A stretch of DNA of 64,000 bases from Octopus vulgaris (Eukaryota): NCBI GenBank assembly GCA_951406725.2, contig OX597822.1:34782001-34846000 (forward strand), given 5' to 3'. The position numbers and the translations under genes are program-made. Below the pieces are notes generated by a model, which saw only the letters and a program-made list of their open reading frames with translations, did no database searches and had not been told where the DNA came from. Below are positions 39,813 to 52,839 of the stretch, in pieces; the stretch's first letter is position 1, and every line of letters begins with the position of its first letter.

Positions 39813-41963
39813 TACAGACATGCATACACATATAAATACATATGTGTGTATGCGTATACAAGTATATATGCGCATATGCACACATGTATATATATGAATT
39901 TATAAGCGTGTGTATGTGCGTAGATATATGCCTGTGTTTGAGTGAAATTCAAATAGATCGGGAAAGAAAAAGAGAGAAAAGATTGATTTATTTTCAATCG
40001 CAAAATTGATGTTGTATTAAATTTTCCTATAACTGCAAAAACAACCTAAAATGTTTGCTGTTAACTTGTGATATCAAATGTTTCGAAGAAGCGCAAAGCT
40101 ATACTTCACTTTAATAAATCTGCTAGTTATGTGTGAATAATACTGATACCCTGTTTGCAATTGATCTTGACTTTTGAACGAGGGATGTCTCATTTCATGG
40201 AACTTCGATGGAGAAATGTGAGGAGAATCTTCTAGTTCACCGACTCTGGATTCAAGAAAAGCTGCTGACTACTGGCGGATTTCCTTGTGTCATGGAATGG
40301 GCTGATAACATGATGCTCATGCTAGTGTGGAATTAGTGTAGTTTCAAGTATTATAGATTTTCTTACAGTGGAATATCTATTCTAAACAGCTGTAGTGTCC
40401 CAAATAGTGAATGAAAAATGATCGAAATCCTAATTACGAAAGCAAGTGTGTAGAAACTGCAAGAGAATTACATGTGAGCTTAAAAATAGATAACTTTGAA
40501 TGAAAATTTGTGGACGGTTTTCACACAAAAGCCTAAGTAAGACAAGATGGTGGATATAATGAAGGAGCCGTTTTTCTTTTAGTGTCTAGATAAAATAACA
40601 TTGTCTCGATTCTAGACAATGTTATTTCTTTTAGGGAATAAGAGGGCATATAAATTATAAGCTAGTGACACTTGAGAGCTAGAGGAAATGATGCAAATGA
40701 TGCAGCAAGAAATGTGTGGCTGTTTATACCAGGGGCGTCAAAGCAAGATCAGATGATATTTGTGTTGGCGGATATTCTACATATATCGTTGAATAGGAGA
40801 GAGAACTGGTTAATGATTTCTACGTATTTCTATTTGAATTTGTCATGTGAATATTTGTTGCTAGATGGGAAAAGAAAATCCACTACATCACTGATAGGAG
40901 CAATATTTATTATTGATAGAGTGAAGTCTGCCATTGAAAATCCCGGACTAAATGAACAGCAAATACGAATACAAAATAGAGCGATTGTCGATATGGGAAT
41001 AATATACCGATAACAGCGCAATCCACGAAATCATTTCTGTATCTTATATCTGTGGGATAAATAGGAATGAAAATGTAAATATCTTTCTTCTTTCCAACTA
41101 ACGTGCAGAAAAGAAAACAAAACAAAAACGAGAGCGTGCCTAAGGGAGACTGCCTTCCGCCATATCAGATCATTGGTTGTTGACTCAACTTCTATTCTTC
41201 AGAGATAAGCATACATTAACTGCTTATAAAACAGTTATGAATTAGGCTACCACATTAGTGGATAGTCAAATTTACATATTTGTGCTTTTGAGGCTTCCTC
41301 ATAAATTAAACAATATCTATTTATGCACGACAGAGCGTCATAAGAACTAAGATGAATTTATAAGTAGCTGGTCCGAGTTATCGACTAGGGAAGAAAAATC
41401 GGTACGCCTTTTCTGAAGTGCTATCGATCAACACACTCCCTTTCCCCCGCTTATCAATTAGAGAGAAGCGTTGTGTTTACGTTCATATTCTTCCTTAATC
41501 CACAGTGAGCTTTATTATACTTAGATATTGCTGTTCTTCTGGTTTACTCTGTATTGTGCATAAATATGTAGTATTTGGCATATCGAAAGCCAAAATATTA
41601 TATAATTATATATCATGACGGAATAATTTTGTTAGAATTAAATAATGTAGTATTAACTTTGTTGATTGGCAAAATGCATTAGGAAATTAAATTTGTTTAA
41701 TATATATTTTTCCATAATCGAAAATGGAAAAAGAAAATGTCGTATAGAGATTTAATCACTTAATACGCTGTAGCGAACATACGTATCCTATATTCAATAT
41801 AATGGAGGTTGATACGAAGACGTAAAATATATATTTCAGGAAAAAAATGAAAATGATATGAATCATAATCAAACATTTCCTTTACATATAACGAACAATT
41901 CATGACATATTCAAACTTTTACCCACACTTTTTGTTAAGATACGTGCAAAATGTTCGTATGAG

Positions 41964-42014
<51 letters not shown>

Positions 42015-42347
42015 GTGTGGGTGTATGTGTAAGTATGTGTGTGTATATATATATATGTGTGTGTTTGTGTGTATATGTATAAATATTTATAGGTATATAT
42101 GTATTTGTGTGTAACAAAAAGATAGATAGATAGATGCTAATGTAGATATATATTGTTATATTATCAAGTACACTCAGACGTAGGAAGACCTTTTCGTGCA
42201 AGCATATGCATACATTACATGCTTGCGCGCGCGTGTGTGTGTGTGTGTGGATACATTTTTCAAAGGAAAGAAAATAATATTCGTTCTTAATGCAAGTGCG
42301 CATGGATATCTATTTATCTACCTACGAACACATCTATCTATCTGCCA

Positions 42348-42430
42348 ATATATATATACATACATATATATATATATACATATACATACATATATATGCA
42401 TACATACATATATATGCATACATATATATG

Positions 42431-42491
<61 letters not shown>

Positions 42492-42591
42492 GTATATATA
42501 TACATATATATATATACATATATACATATACATATATATATATACATATATACGTATATATACATATATATACATATATATATACATATAC

Positions 42592-42639
<48 letters not shown>

Positions 42640-42710
42640 ATACATATATATACATATATATATATATATATACATATATTTATATATATATGTGTGTGTG
42701 TGTGTGTGTG
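42348..42710. repeat. Long (TA)n/(TACA)n/(TG)n microsatellite
   Basis: Direct reading; source of the IY-repeat ORFs of 91-212 aa. Confidence 0.95.
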
Positions 42711-43360
42711 AACTTGTACGGCAATATGCTAAAGAAAATGATACATATTTACTCTGGAAAATTGAGTTCTATATTGCTGCACTTACCTATCCGCCATATG
42801 TTTGTGAGTGTTTGAGTGTGCGTGTGTATGACCGTATGTATCTATGTATATATATTTATACTGATGCACACGCATCATATATACTCTCCTATGTGGGTAT
42901 CAATTTGTGTCCGTGTAAAAATTGTTGACACTATTTTTTATAATTTAGTTACCTGTAAAAATCTAATCCCAAATATGATTATATCACAGAATCTTCTATC
43001 GCCGAGAGCAAGTAATCAGTAGATGCGTATTTACTTTAGTAATACTTTGTTAAGTTGCTCATATCAAGACGTAATTCAAAAACACAGCATCAGGGGATTA
43101 GCGAAGCGATTTTGATGAAAATCTAAAAAAATACGACCGATATAAATTTTATTCCTCGTACTCGTGAGCGGAAGAGTTCGGTTTTATGACTTAATCAAAG
43201 AATATATTTTCAGGGCGAGTCAGCACTTACGTTTACTCATTTATACAAGAAAAGCGGCGTTGGTTTCTTTATCCTATGAGTAATACAAGTACACATATCT
43301 CTATAGAGTAGAGCGAAAATGCGATTTAGGTAATTTGAATAAACTTAAAAGTTCTCAAAG

Positions 43361-43398
<38 letters not shown>

Positions 43399-43459
43399 GA
43401 GAGAGACAAGAGAGAGAGAGAGAGAGAGAGAGCAAAGTGTACGTACGCCGTTATATATA

Positions 43460-43720
<261 letters not shown>

Positions 43721-43995
43721 AGAATACAAAATGGGACAAGAACGCAAAACATCCGGACAGCTATGTGATACAAAATGGGACAACAAAACATCCAGATAGA
43801 CGATTGAAAGAAAAGAAGGACGGGTCATTCGAAGACCTCTATCCTCAGTCAAGCACCAGAATATCCTCGCAATGTCGGCTGATTTACCTTGAGATCGCTC
43901 CAATCTGGCCAGCGCCAAGAAAAAACTAAGCTAAGAGCATTAGATTCCTTGGAAGAAAGCAGCGAATGTATACAAAAACAAGGACGGAAAAGGCA

Positions 43996-44030
<35 letters not shown>

Positions 44031-44086
44031 GAGAGGTAGGGTGAAGAGAGAGAGATAAATTTGTTTACATAGATCAAATTATATAA

Positions 44087-44292
44087 ACGAGGGAATGCTG
44101 AAAAATTTCTGGAGTTGGGTAACATAAATACAGAGGGAACAGTTAATTATGATTTTATTGAACATATCACCTCAGATTGACACATTGCTGATGTCCTTCA
44201 TTTTCCTAAGTGAGGTGAAAAAATTCGGATGGTTGAGCCTCTCACCAGACCTTTCACGGTACCCTTAAGGCCAGAAAACTTTCAGTACCCTG
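44087..44292. mobile_element. Tc1/mariner-type MITE
   Basis: Degenerate TIRs cgagggaatgctgaaaaatttctgg / ccagaaaactttcagtaccctg|ta; ~205 bp; non-coding. Confidence 0.6.
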
Positions 44293-44394
44293 TATTTTGT
44301 GTGTGTGTGTGTGTGTGAATTCACTCATATGCACACACGCACGCACAAAATAAAAAATACACATACATATATACCGTTTATATTTTCTTTTAAT

Positions 44395-44789
44395 TATTTT
44401 AGTCATTGGACAGCAATCATGGTGGTACTCTCTGGTAGTGTTTACTCCCACGAATCAAACCCCAGTACATTTTTGCCGAACTACTAAGTCACCACGATGG
44501 AAAAAAAATCACCAGATCTGCAGCAGTAGTGAGAGACAAAAGCAGACGCAAAAACATACACACATACACATATTCATACATATGTACGCATACACACACA
44601 CGCGCGCACACACATACACACACACACACATATACATAAGACATACTTCTTTTAATTTCCTTCCACCAAGTTCACTCAGAAGGACATGGTCTGTCGGGAC
44701 AGTAGAAGACTGTTCCCCAAGTTGCACAAACTGGGACTGAACTTGAAACCGTGTATTTGGGAAACATGCTTCCTATCACAGTCTTCCCT

Positions 44790-44847
<58 letters not shown>

Positions 44848-45320
44848 TTTTACTCGTTTACTTGGTCCAGTCATTTGACTGCAGCCATGCTGGAGCGCCG
44901 CCTCGAAGGTTTTTTTTTCAAGCTTAGTGCTTATTCTGTGGGTGTCTTTTTGCCGAACCGCTATGTTATGGCGACGTAAAAACCAACACCCATTGTCAAG
45001 CAGTGATGAGCAGGGTGAGAAACACAGGCACAAAGATACACTAACATAGACAGACAGACAGACAGACACACACACACACACACACACACCACACACACAC
45101 ATACACACACATACACACGCATACACACGCATACACGCACATGCGCGCGCACACACACACACACAAGCACACACATATATATGCAAATCCACTGACAAAG
45201 CTTTTGCCAGCCCGAAGCCGTAGTAGAATATACTTGCCAAGGGTGCTATGCGTGGGAATGAACCTGGAACCATGTGGCTGGAAAGCAAGCTCCTTATCAC
45301 GCAGCCACGCCTGCGCCTAG
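44395..45320 (-). mobile_element. Two tandem SINE family A copies (~44395-44793 and ~44845-45320)
   Basis: Each has a tttttgccgaac(t/c)..ctaag/ctatg segment, (CA)n and a reverse head. Confidence 0.8.
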
Positions 45321-46184
45321 ATACAGGTACCCATACGTACACATATACATGCATCCAAACAAACATTTATCATTTACATTTATGTGTATATAAATGTATG
45401 TGTACATTTATCATTTATATTTATGTGTATATAAATGTATATAAACATACGTATATACACACACGTAGACACATAAACCCATACATATGTACACACACAT
45501 ACAAACATCTATGCAATAATTACATCATTTTGTTACAACATAATTACAATCGATGAGTGCTTTGTGTCTCTAAATTACCTATTTTGTGCAAATTCGTGTG
45601 TGAACGGATGTAAAAATGCTAGCAAAATAGACACAGAGTGTTTAACAGCCAGAGAAAATAGAAATGGCAGATTTGCGTTAAGCAATTTTTCTTCGCCTAA
45701 TTTGAAATAATTTCCTTGCGATCGCTGATGATTTCTCAATTTCTTTTCGCCAGGAAATATTTCAATCGAATGTAAAAGTTTTGTACTTAAAATAGCTGAA
45801 TTCTCTATTAGAAGTTTTCCAAATACGCTCACTATTTTCTCCACAAATAGATATAGTATAGAGCCTGACCAAAAGACCTCACGTTGGCATTTAACTACAT
45901 CAGTTTTCGTATCGAATAATCGTAACCCAGCACGGTTACTTTCGCATTGTCATGAAATAAGTTACCTTTCTGTAGCACAGAAGGTGGGTGAGCTGGTGGA
46001 ATCTGTAGCACTTCGAACAAAAGGCTTAGTATTTCGTCGGGCTCTTTATGCTCTACGCTTAAGCCCCGTCGGGGGCAACGTTGCCTTTCGTCTTTTGTAA
46101 TCGATAAAATAAACTTACAATCAATTACAGGGTTAACATAATCGCATGAAAATTGCAGACCTTCTGTCCAACTTAGAAATTGCA

Positions 46185-46377
46185 GTTAGTGCTTATTCTG
46201 TGGGTCACTTTTTGCTGAACCGCTAAGTTATGGCGACGTAAAGACCAACACCGATTGTCAAGCAGTGATGAGCGGGGTGACAAACACAGGCACAAAGATA
46301 CAAAAATATAGATACACACACACACACATGGACGCACGCGCGCACAGGCACACACACATGGACGCACGCGCGCACAG

Positions 46378-46426
<49 letters not shown>

Positions 46427-46552
46427 TACATATATGCAAATCCACTGAAAAGGCTTTTGCCAGCCCGAAGCCATAGTAGAAGTACTTTCCAAAGGTGCCA
46501 CGCCGTGGGACTGAACTTGGAACCATGTGGTTGGAAAGCAAGCTTCTTATTA
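46185..46552 (-). mobile_element. SINE family A, close paralogue of 44845-45320
   Basis: Shares private variants (cttattctgtgggt, cagtgatgagc, aggcttttgccagcccgaagcc-like segment); contains a 30-bp internal tandem duplication. Confidence 0.85.
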
Positions 46553-46639
46553 CTTTTAACTACATCAGTTTTCATGTGGTAAAAAAGAACAAAATTCCTG
46601 ATGGAATTTGAACTCAGTTGTCCGATGCTTGCAAATTAA

Positions 46640-47560
46640 GGGGCATCAACCCAAGTATTTAACTTGACTGTCGATTATTCAAATGCTAAGATTTTTGCGT
46701 TTCTTATTCTCGTTTTTCTTTCTTAAATTCTCATCCATGAGAAACCGTTTCCTCTTCAAACTTTCCTTCCAAATGTTTCTATTTCGCTTGTTTTCACAGC
46801 ATTGATTTCTGTTATATTTTTACTTACCTCTCCTTAATATAATTTTGTGTTGGAGATGGATTGTTTCGTTTGTTCTAGAAAAATATTTGTTGATTTTCCT
46901 AACTACAGATTCTTTGTAATTTAGCGAGGATCTTTTGTTTAAGAATCTCTTTGATGTCTGGTAATTAATTTTGTTATCGTATTTACGTTATACTTGTGTC
47001 TCTTTGTTTCATTTCTGTCTTCTGATATTGATTTCATTAAAGATGAAAGCTGTGTCACATCTTTATATATCTCCCTTCCACATTATTTGTTTGGATTATG
47101 ATATTCTTGTATAAGCTGATCCGAGGGAGCATATACGTTTACTTTGTAATAAATTTGGTTCTTACTTATATTATATGCTTTATTGGAAATTATTGATGTT
47201 GGCATCGGATTTCCTAAAATCTACAATGGCGAAGTTTCCGCTGTTTATCGTTGCTGCTATTTTCTCGTTAAGTTTTATCTTGTATTTCGTTGGTTCATAA
47301 GTTCTATTGATTATTATTCTTAAACTGCTCCCACCTTTAGTGTATTGTTGCATTCAGAATTTCCATCCATAGAATTGTCTATTCTTAAATCGTTCTCACA
47401 TTCCGTTCTATTCATATTTTCGAGTGAGTCGTTCTCTTCTGGGATATGCTTTTCATAGGTTTCACTTCTAATAATATTTAGTTTGATCGGTAATCTACTT
47501 TTACAAGAACACTGTGCGAGATGCTTGGGTGTTTTTATAAAAAACAAAAAAAAAATCAGC
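46640..47560 (-). pseudogene. R4/Dong-like non-LTR retrotransposon relic (region upstream of RT)
   Basis: Reverse strand KEILKQKILAKLQRI (46907-46952) then ...SKNITEINAVKTSEIETF, resembling the LKQKxxAxxQRIRRY...FW segment of R4-clade ORFs; many stops. Confidence 0.55.
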
Positions 47561-48224
47561 TGCGTCACACCTATGTAGACTTTAACCTAGAAATATTTCC
47601 GTTTGGTATTATCCACATCCATTTTTTTCCAGCTTGTGAGAGCCTGCAAACTACTCAGAGTTATTGCCCTTCCCCTCCTGACTAACTTAAGAAAGAAACA
47701 AAAAAAACAAAAAAAAAAACAGAACAAAATCGTAAAAAAAAGACAATTGTAATAAATTTCAAACGTGTAAGAATCTATTGAGAACAATAGGTGCCACTTT
47801 GCCTTTGACGATCTAATCAGCAACATTCTACTTGCTTGAAATAGCTGCCGAGGGCTACCTCTAAACATAGATCATATATATTCTCAAATAGATAGAGAGG
47901 AAGCTCGTGGCTGAAACACCTGTTTAATTATATTTAGTATGAGGTAAGTCAATGAGGACAAAAAAATGGCAATAATAACGATAGCAACAACAACAACAAC
48001 ACCAACAATAATATTGGAGTAGTGAGACGCCGATTACATCAACTATAGTACTCTATAATGAAAGAATGGAAGACTAAGTCGACCTCAGTGGGGTACGAAC
48101 TCAGACCGTAAAACACGGACAAAATGCCGTTAAGCATTTTGTACGGCGTTTTTAACGATTTACCAGATCACCACCACCACCACCACCACAGGAGGAAGAC
48201 AGGTTTTCGGGAAGGTGATGAGGT

Positions 48225-48260
48225 CTTTTACGTTTCAAGCCTACGCTCTTTAACAGAAAG
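48225..48260 (-). ncRNA. Degenerate minimal hammerhead motif
   Basis: cttt-ctgttaa-a-gagc(gtag)gctt-GAAAC-GTA-aaag; stems I and II and the ACGU palindrome present, core has two deviations. Confidence 0.5.
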
Positions 48261-48335
48261 GAACGCGAGAAAATAAACAGAGAAAGAATTAAAAAAAGCT
48301 TTAGTAGCTACCGGTCGATCATGGTAATATATATA

Positions 48336-48402
<67 letters not shown>

Positions 48403-48411
48403 TTTTATATT

Positions 48412-48920
48412 GTGACCCCCTTCGCTCATGAATGACCATGGGATTGCACCTAGAAAGTTACCCTCCGAGGCACAAATCTGGGCAATATTGTTTATGGAAC
48501 AGCAGCAGTCGCTCGTGCATACCAGCGTCCCCTCTCCACGCCACTGATGTTACCAAGGGAAAGGTAAAGGCCGATACAGATTGGCACCAGTGACGCCGTA
48601 GCTCAATTATTAACATGCAAGTGGCTGAGCACTACACAGACACGTGTACCCTTAACGTAGTTCTCGGGGAGATTCAGCGTGACACACCGTGTGACAAGGT
48701 TGGCCCTTTGAAATATAGGTACGACAGAAACAGGAAGAAAGAGTGAGAGAAAGCTGTGGCGAAAGAGTACAGCAGGGTTCACCACAATCCCCTGCCGGAG
48801 CCTCGTGGACGTTTAGGTGTTTTCGCTCAATAAACACTCACAATGCCCGGTCTGAGAATCGAAACCGCGATCCTACGACCGCGAGTCCGCTGCCCTAACC
48901 ACTGGGCCATTGCGCCTCCA
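48412..48920 (-). mobile_element. Composite SINE: family C head + shared internal module + family D tail
   Basis: C head ~48725-48920; module ~48610-48722 also found at ~50045-50160; D 3' half ~48412-48605. Confidence 0.75.
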
Positions 48921-48924
48921 CACA

Positions 48925-49016
<92 letters not shown>

Positions 49017-49080
49017 AGATAGAGAGATAGAGAGAGAAAGTGAGTGCGATGGAGAGAGTGAGATAGAGAGATAGATAGAG

Positions 49081-49140
<60 letters not shown>

Positions 49141-49900
49141 TGATAGTTAGATAGTTAGGTCCTTCAACAGTATTTGTGTGTGTGCGTGTGTGTCTGTGAG
49201 AGAGTGCGAGCGTTGGTGCTTGCGCGCATGTGTTCAAGTCAATACATATATTTACATTTGAAAACAAATTGATATTAGCATTATTATTGTTTTCATTTTA
49301 TAAGTCAAAATGACATTAAATTCTTTTAGCACCAATTCCAAACACAACCTGATCGATAATTCTCTCGCTTTAACAGCCTTTGAAAGTTTTCTGACAGTTT
49401 GTTTTTCAGTAGAAGTTTTTAGTGCCAAACTACTTTCAAAGACAAAAAATATCTTTGCTATAAAATTATTGATTGTCTGTCAGGTAAGATAAGTTATATT
49501 TCCTTCTTCTATTAATCACAGCATTTCAATAAAAGTTTGAGTTTTGGTGTCAACTAGGTTTCAGATATTAACTCTTTCATGTTATATGTTTCTCTGGAGA
49601 ATTTGCATTCATTGTTTTCTTGTTTCATAATCATCTCGTTCACATATATACATAAATTGCCTATTTACAATCGTAATAAGAAAAAAAAATGTAAGAATCG
49701 TTGTCTGTGTTAATAGACAATCATAATACCGAACATGGTATTCACAAACTACTGTCACTGAGAACATGATACATTGAAAGGAATTGAATAATTTTAAACC
49801 AGTGTCTAGAAAAGAATCTTTAGTAACATTAAATGGTTTATTTTGTTTAAGATCGAGCGAGATTTAATACGAGGGAGACAGGGTTCCATTTTATATGGGG

Positions 49901-50212
49901 TGAAGGCACATGATTCAGTGGTTAAAGTGTTCCGTTCATGATCGTAAGTTCCTGAGTTCGATGCCAGGTGGTGTGTTGTGTTCTTGAGCAAGACAATTTA
50001 TTTCACTTTGCTCCAATCTAGTCAGCTGGCAAACATGTATAGTACCTATATCTCAAAGGGCCACTCTTGTCACAAACTGTGTCACGCTGATTTTCCCTTA
50101 GAACTACGTTAAGGGTAGACGTGTCTTTGACGTACTCAGTCATTTTTACGTTTATTTTAAGAGATGATCGGATGAACCGGTGCACTGGTCGTCGTAACCG
50201 ACGGTGTGCCAG
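49901..50212 (+). mobile_element. SINE with family D head and alternative 3' module
   Basis: gaaggcacatgattcagtggtt...gttcttgagcaagaca, then aaagggccactcttgtcaca...gaactacgttaagggta. Confidence 0.75.
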
Positions 50213-50331
50213 TAATTTATAACGGGTTAAATGATTGCAGAATTCGATATACAGAACGGTAAGAGGCGTAGTGAGAAGTGCTCCTTGTATACTAACCGCA
50301 GAGGTGGTATGCTTTATTCAAGAAAAGAAAT

Positions 50332-50750
50332 ATAGGTGCAGGAGTGGATGTGTGGTAAGCAGCTTGCTCTCCAACCAAATTGTTCCGGATTCAGTCCCAC
50401 TGCGTGGCACCTTGGGAAAGTGTCTTCTACTATAGCTACGGGCCGACCAAAGCCTTGTGAGTGGATTTCGTAGGCGGAAACTGAAAGGAGCCCGTCGTAT
50501 ATATGTATATATATATATATGTGTGTGTGTATGTGTGTGTGTGTGTGTTTGACCCCCCCCCCCCCAACATCGCTTGACAACCGATGGAGGTGTCTTTACG
50601 TCCCCGTAACTTAGCAGTCTAGCAAAAGAGACCGATAGAATAAATACTAGGCTTACAAAAATAAGTCTTGGGGTCGATTTCCTCGACTAAAAGGCGGTGC
50701 TCCAGCAATGCCGCAGTCAAATGACTGAAAATGTAAAAGAGTAAAAGAGA
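50332..50750 (+). mobile_element. SINE family A
   Basis: Near-complete copy. Confidence 0.9.
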
Positions 50751-50891
50751 ACTAAAGAGGCCACAAACCAAAATATAACTCAAAGCAGGGTCATAGCTAG
50801 ATTTCTTTCGTCATCGTAGTCTATCAGAATGGAAAATTCGAAAATGTTTTTGCCCGTTAACATGGTTTGTTAAATTATAAGGAAGACTATA

Positions 50892-52073
50892 CGTGGTCTG
50901 ATCAATAAGTATACGGACTGTTGCCATAATAACGAAGCTAAAGCACACAGAGTAAATCTGATTGGCTCAGATTGACATTGAACTCTGCTGTGCATGCGCA
51001 CTAGGTTTCAATGTTCTATTTCACTTCCGCTATTACAGTACTTCTTCGAAGGAAGATGTGTAGCGTGAGATCGTTGCATTAACCACGACAGAGAAAGTTG
51101 AGTAGAGGATATGCCTCAAATTTTGTCAAAAGCTTGGTGATACCTGCTCTGAGGACTCTCTTTTAATTGCTTCAGTCATTTGACTGTAGCCATGCTGGAG
51201 CACCGCCTTTAGTCGAGCAAGTTGACCCCAGGATTTATTCTTTGTAAGCCTAGTACTTATTCTATCGGTCTCTTTTGCTGAACCGCTAATTTACGGTGAC
51301 GTAAACACACCAGCATCGGATGCTGGGGGGACAAACAGACACACACATACATAAATACGACGAGCCTCTTTCAGTTTCCGTCTACCAAATCCACTCACAA
51401 GGCTTTGGTCGGTCTGAGGCTCTGGTAGAAGACACTTGCCCAAAGTGTCACTCAGAGGGAATGAACCCGGAACCATGTGATTGGTAAGCAAGCTACTTAC
51501 CACACAGCCACTCCCGCGCAAACGTAAAGTTTTCTAAAAGTTTTCATCGTCCTCGACACAGTCAGGGAGATCTTGTGCAACAGAAACCCGAGTGTCTGTT
51601 TGGTCATTTGAAAGCAGTTTTCGCAGAAACTTGACAGACACGCGTCTCATAACCAAATCTTCAGTGATAATCGACTGAACTGAACTGTAACTAAGCTGCA
51701 TATCATCTGATAACTCGCGGATGGCGATTCGACGATTTCCCCTCAGAGCCGCACGCATATCTGCGATGATTGGAAACGTCTCGTACACTTCGGTACCACT
51801 CATACCCTGCTCTCCATAAACATTCTGCAACATTGCGTAGGTCTCTGAGCAGGTATCACTATGACAACTTTCTATGTCATGGTCAATGCGAAGATTAAAC
51901 GCTACACATCTTTACTCCAAGCACTGTTGTAAACAGTGGAAGTAAGCAAGGACGTTAAAACTTAGCGCGCATGCATGGCAGAGTTTAAGGTCAATTTTTA
52001 CTAAGCAGCTTCACTCTGCGTGCTTTAGCTTCGTTACTATGGCAACAGTCCGGATACTTGTTGATCAGACTCG
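50892..52073 (-). mobile_element. Mariner derivative with ~260-bp inverted ends, interrupted by a SINE
   Basis: TA|cgtggtctgatcaataagtatacggactgttgccat pairs with atggcaacagtccggatacttgttgatcagactcg; transposase N-terminal relic 51534-51833 (RRIAIRELSDDMQLSYSSVQSIITEDLVMRRVSVKF). Confidence 0.85.
51157..51520 (-). mobile_element. SINE family A nested in the mariner derivative
   Basis: Near-complete reverse copy. Confidence 0.9.
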
Positions 52074-52303
52074 AATAGTTATATTTCACAAAATGTCAAG
52101 AGACCAGTGTATATAGACAGTTGAACATAATATCACATTTCCGAATTGTAAATTATCGGCAGAGTTATAAATCACATGGCCTCTCTTTCTTGTTTATATA
52201 TATATATAATGCATGCGCGCATGTGTGTAAAGGACATTAGGATGTAAAGAGATGCTACCAATGCCGCTAAACATTTTGTGCGATTCCAAGATTTTGTGCG
52301 ATT

Positions 52304-52512
52304 CCCAAGATTCCAAGTTCGATTCCAGGCAGTGACCTGAATAGTAATAATAATAACAACAACAACAATAACAACATCGAAAAATACCTTAGGAATAAGA
52401 ACCCAGTTTCGAAATTTCCCCAAGACATCTTATGAAGGCTGGAGGGTATATCAGCCGAAACGTTGTGTTAACAGCAAACAAGATGAGGACAAATGTAAAT
52501 AATGTAACATAT
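52304..52512 (+). mobile_element. tRNA-headed element with a hammerhead-like 3' part (family E, copy 2, 5'-truncated)
   Basis: B box aagttcgattcc, (TAA/CAA)n, then gacat-cttatga-a-ggctg(gagggtatat)cagcc-GAAAC-GTT-gtgtt at 52424-52469. Confidence 0.75.
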
Positions 52513-52604
52513 CTTTATTATTCCCAAACTACCTTCTGCGCATGCGTGCTTATAGTTGGTACTATTGTGGTCATGTGATCAAAGTTTGAGCCTGATCACG
52601 TCAC

Positions 52605-52636
52605 AAACTCAGACACACAAACATATACACACACGC

Positions 52637-52669
<33 letters not shown>

Positions 52670-52839
52670 CATATATACGACGGGTTTCTATCAGTTTCCG
52701 TTTACTAAATCCACTCACAAGGCTTTGGCTGGCCCGAGACTATTGTAGAAGATGCCCAAGGTGCCACGCTCTGGGACTGAACCCGGAACCGTGTCGTTGG
52801 TAAGCAAGCTACTTACCACACACCCACTCCTGCGCCTAT
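52605..52839 (-). mobile_element. SINE family A, 5' half
   Basis: Reverse head ending ccactcctgcgccta. Confidence 0.85.

Noticed and set aside
42196-42928. Long ORFs (up to 212 aa) rich in IY/HT/CV repeats, here and throughout the window
   Set aside because: Translations of (TA)n, (CA)n and (TACA)n microsatellites, which lack stops in these frames
43722-43997. Possible further Penelope-like terminal fragment
   Set aside because: Sits between microsatellites, but no coherent hammerhead core and stems could be assembled
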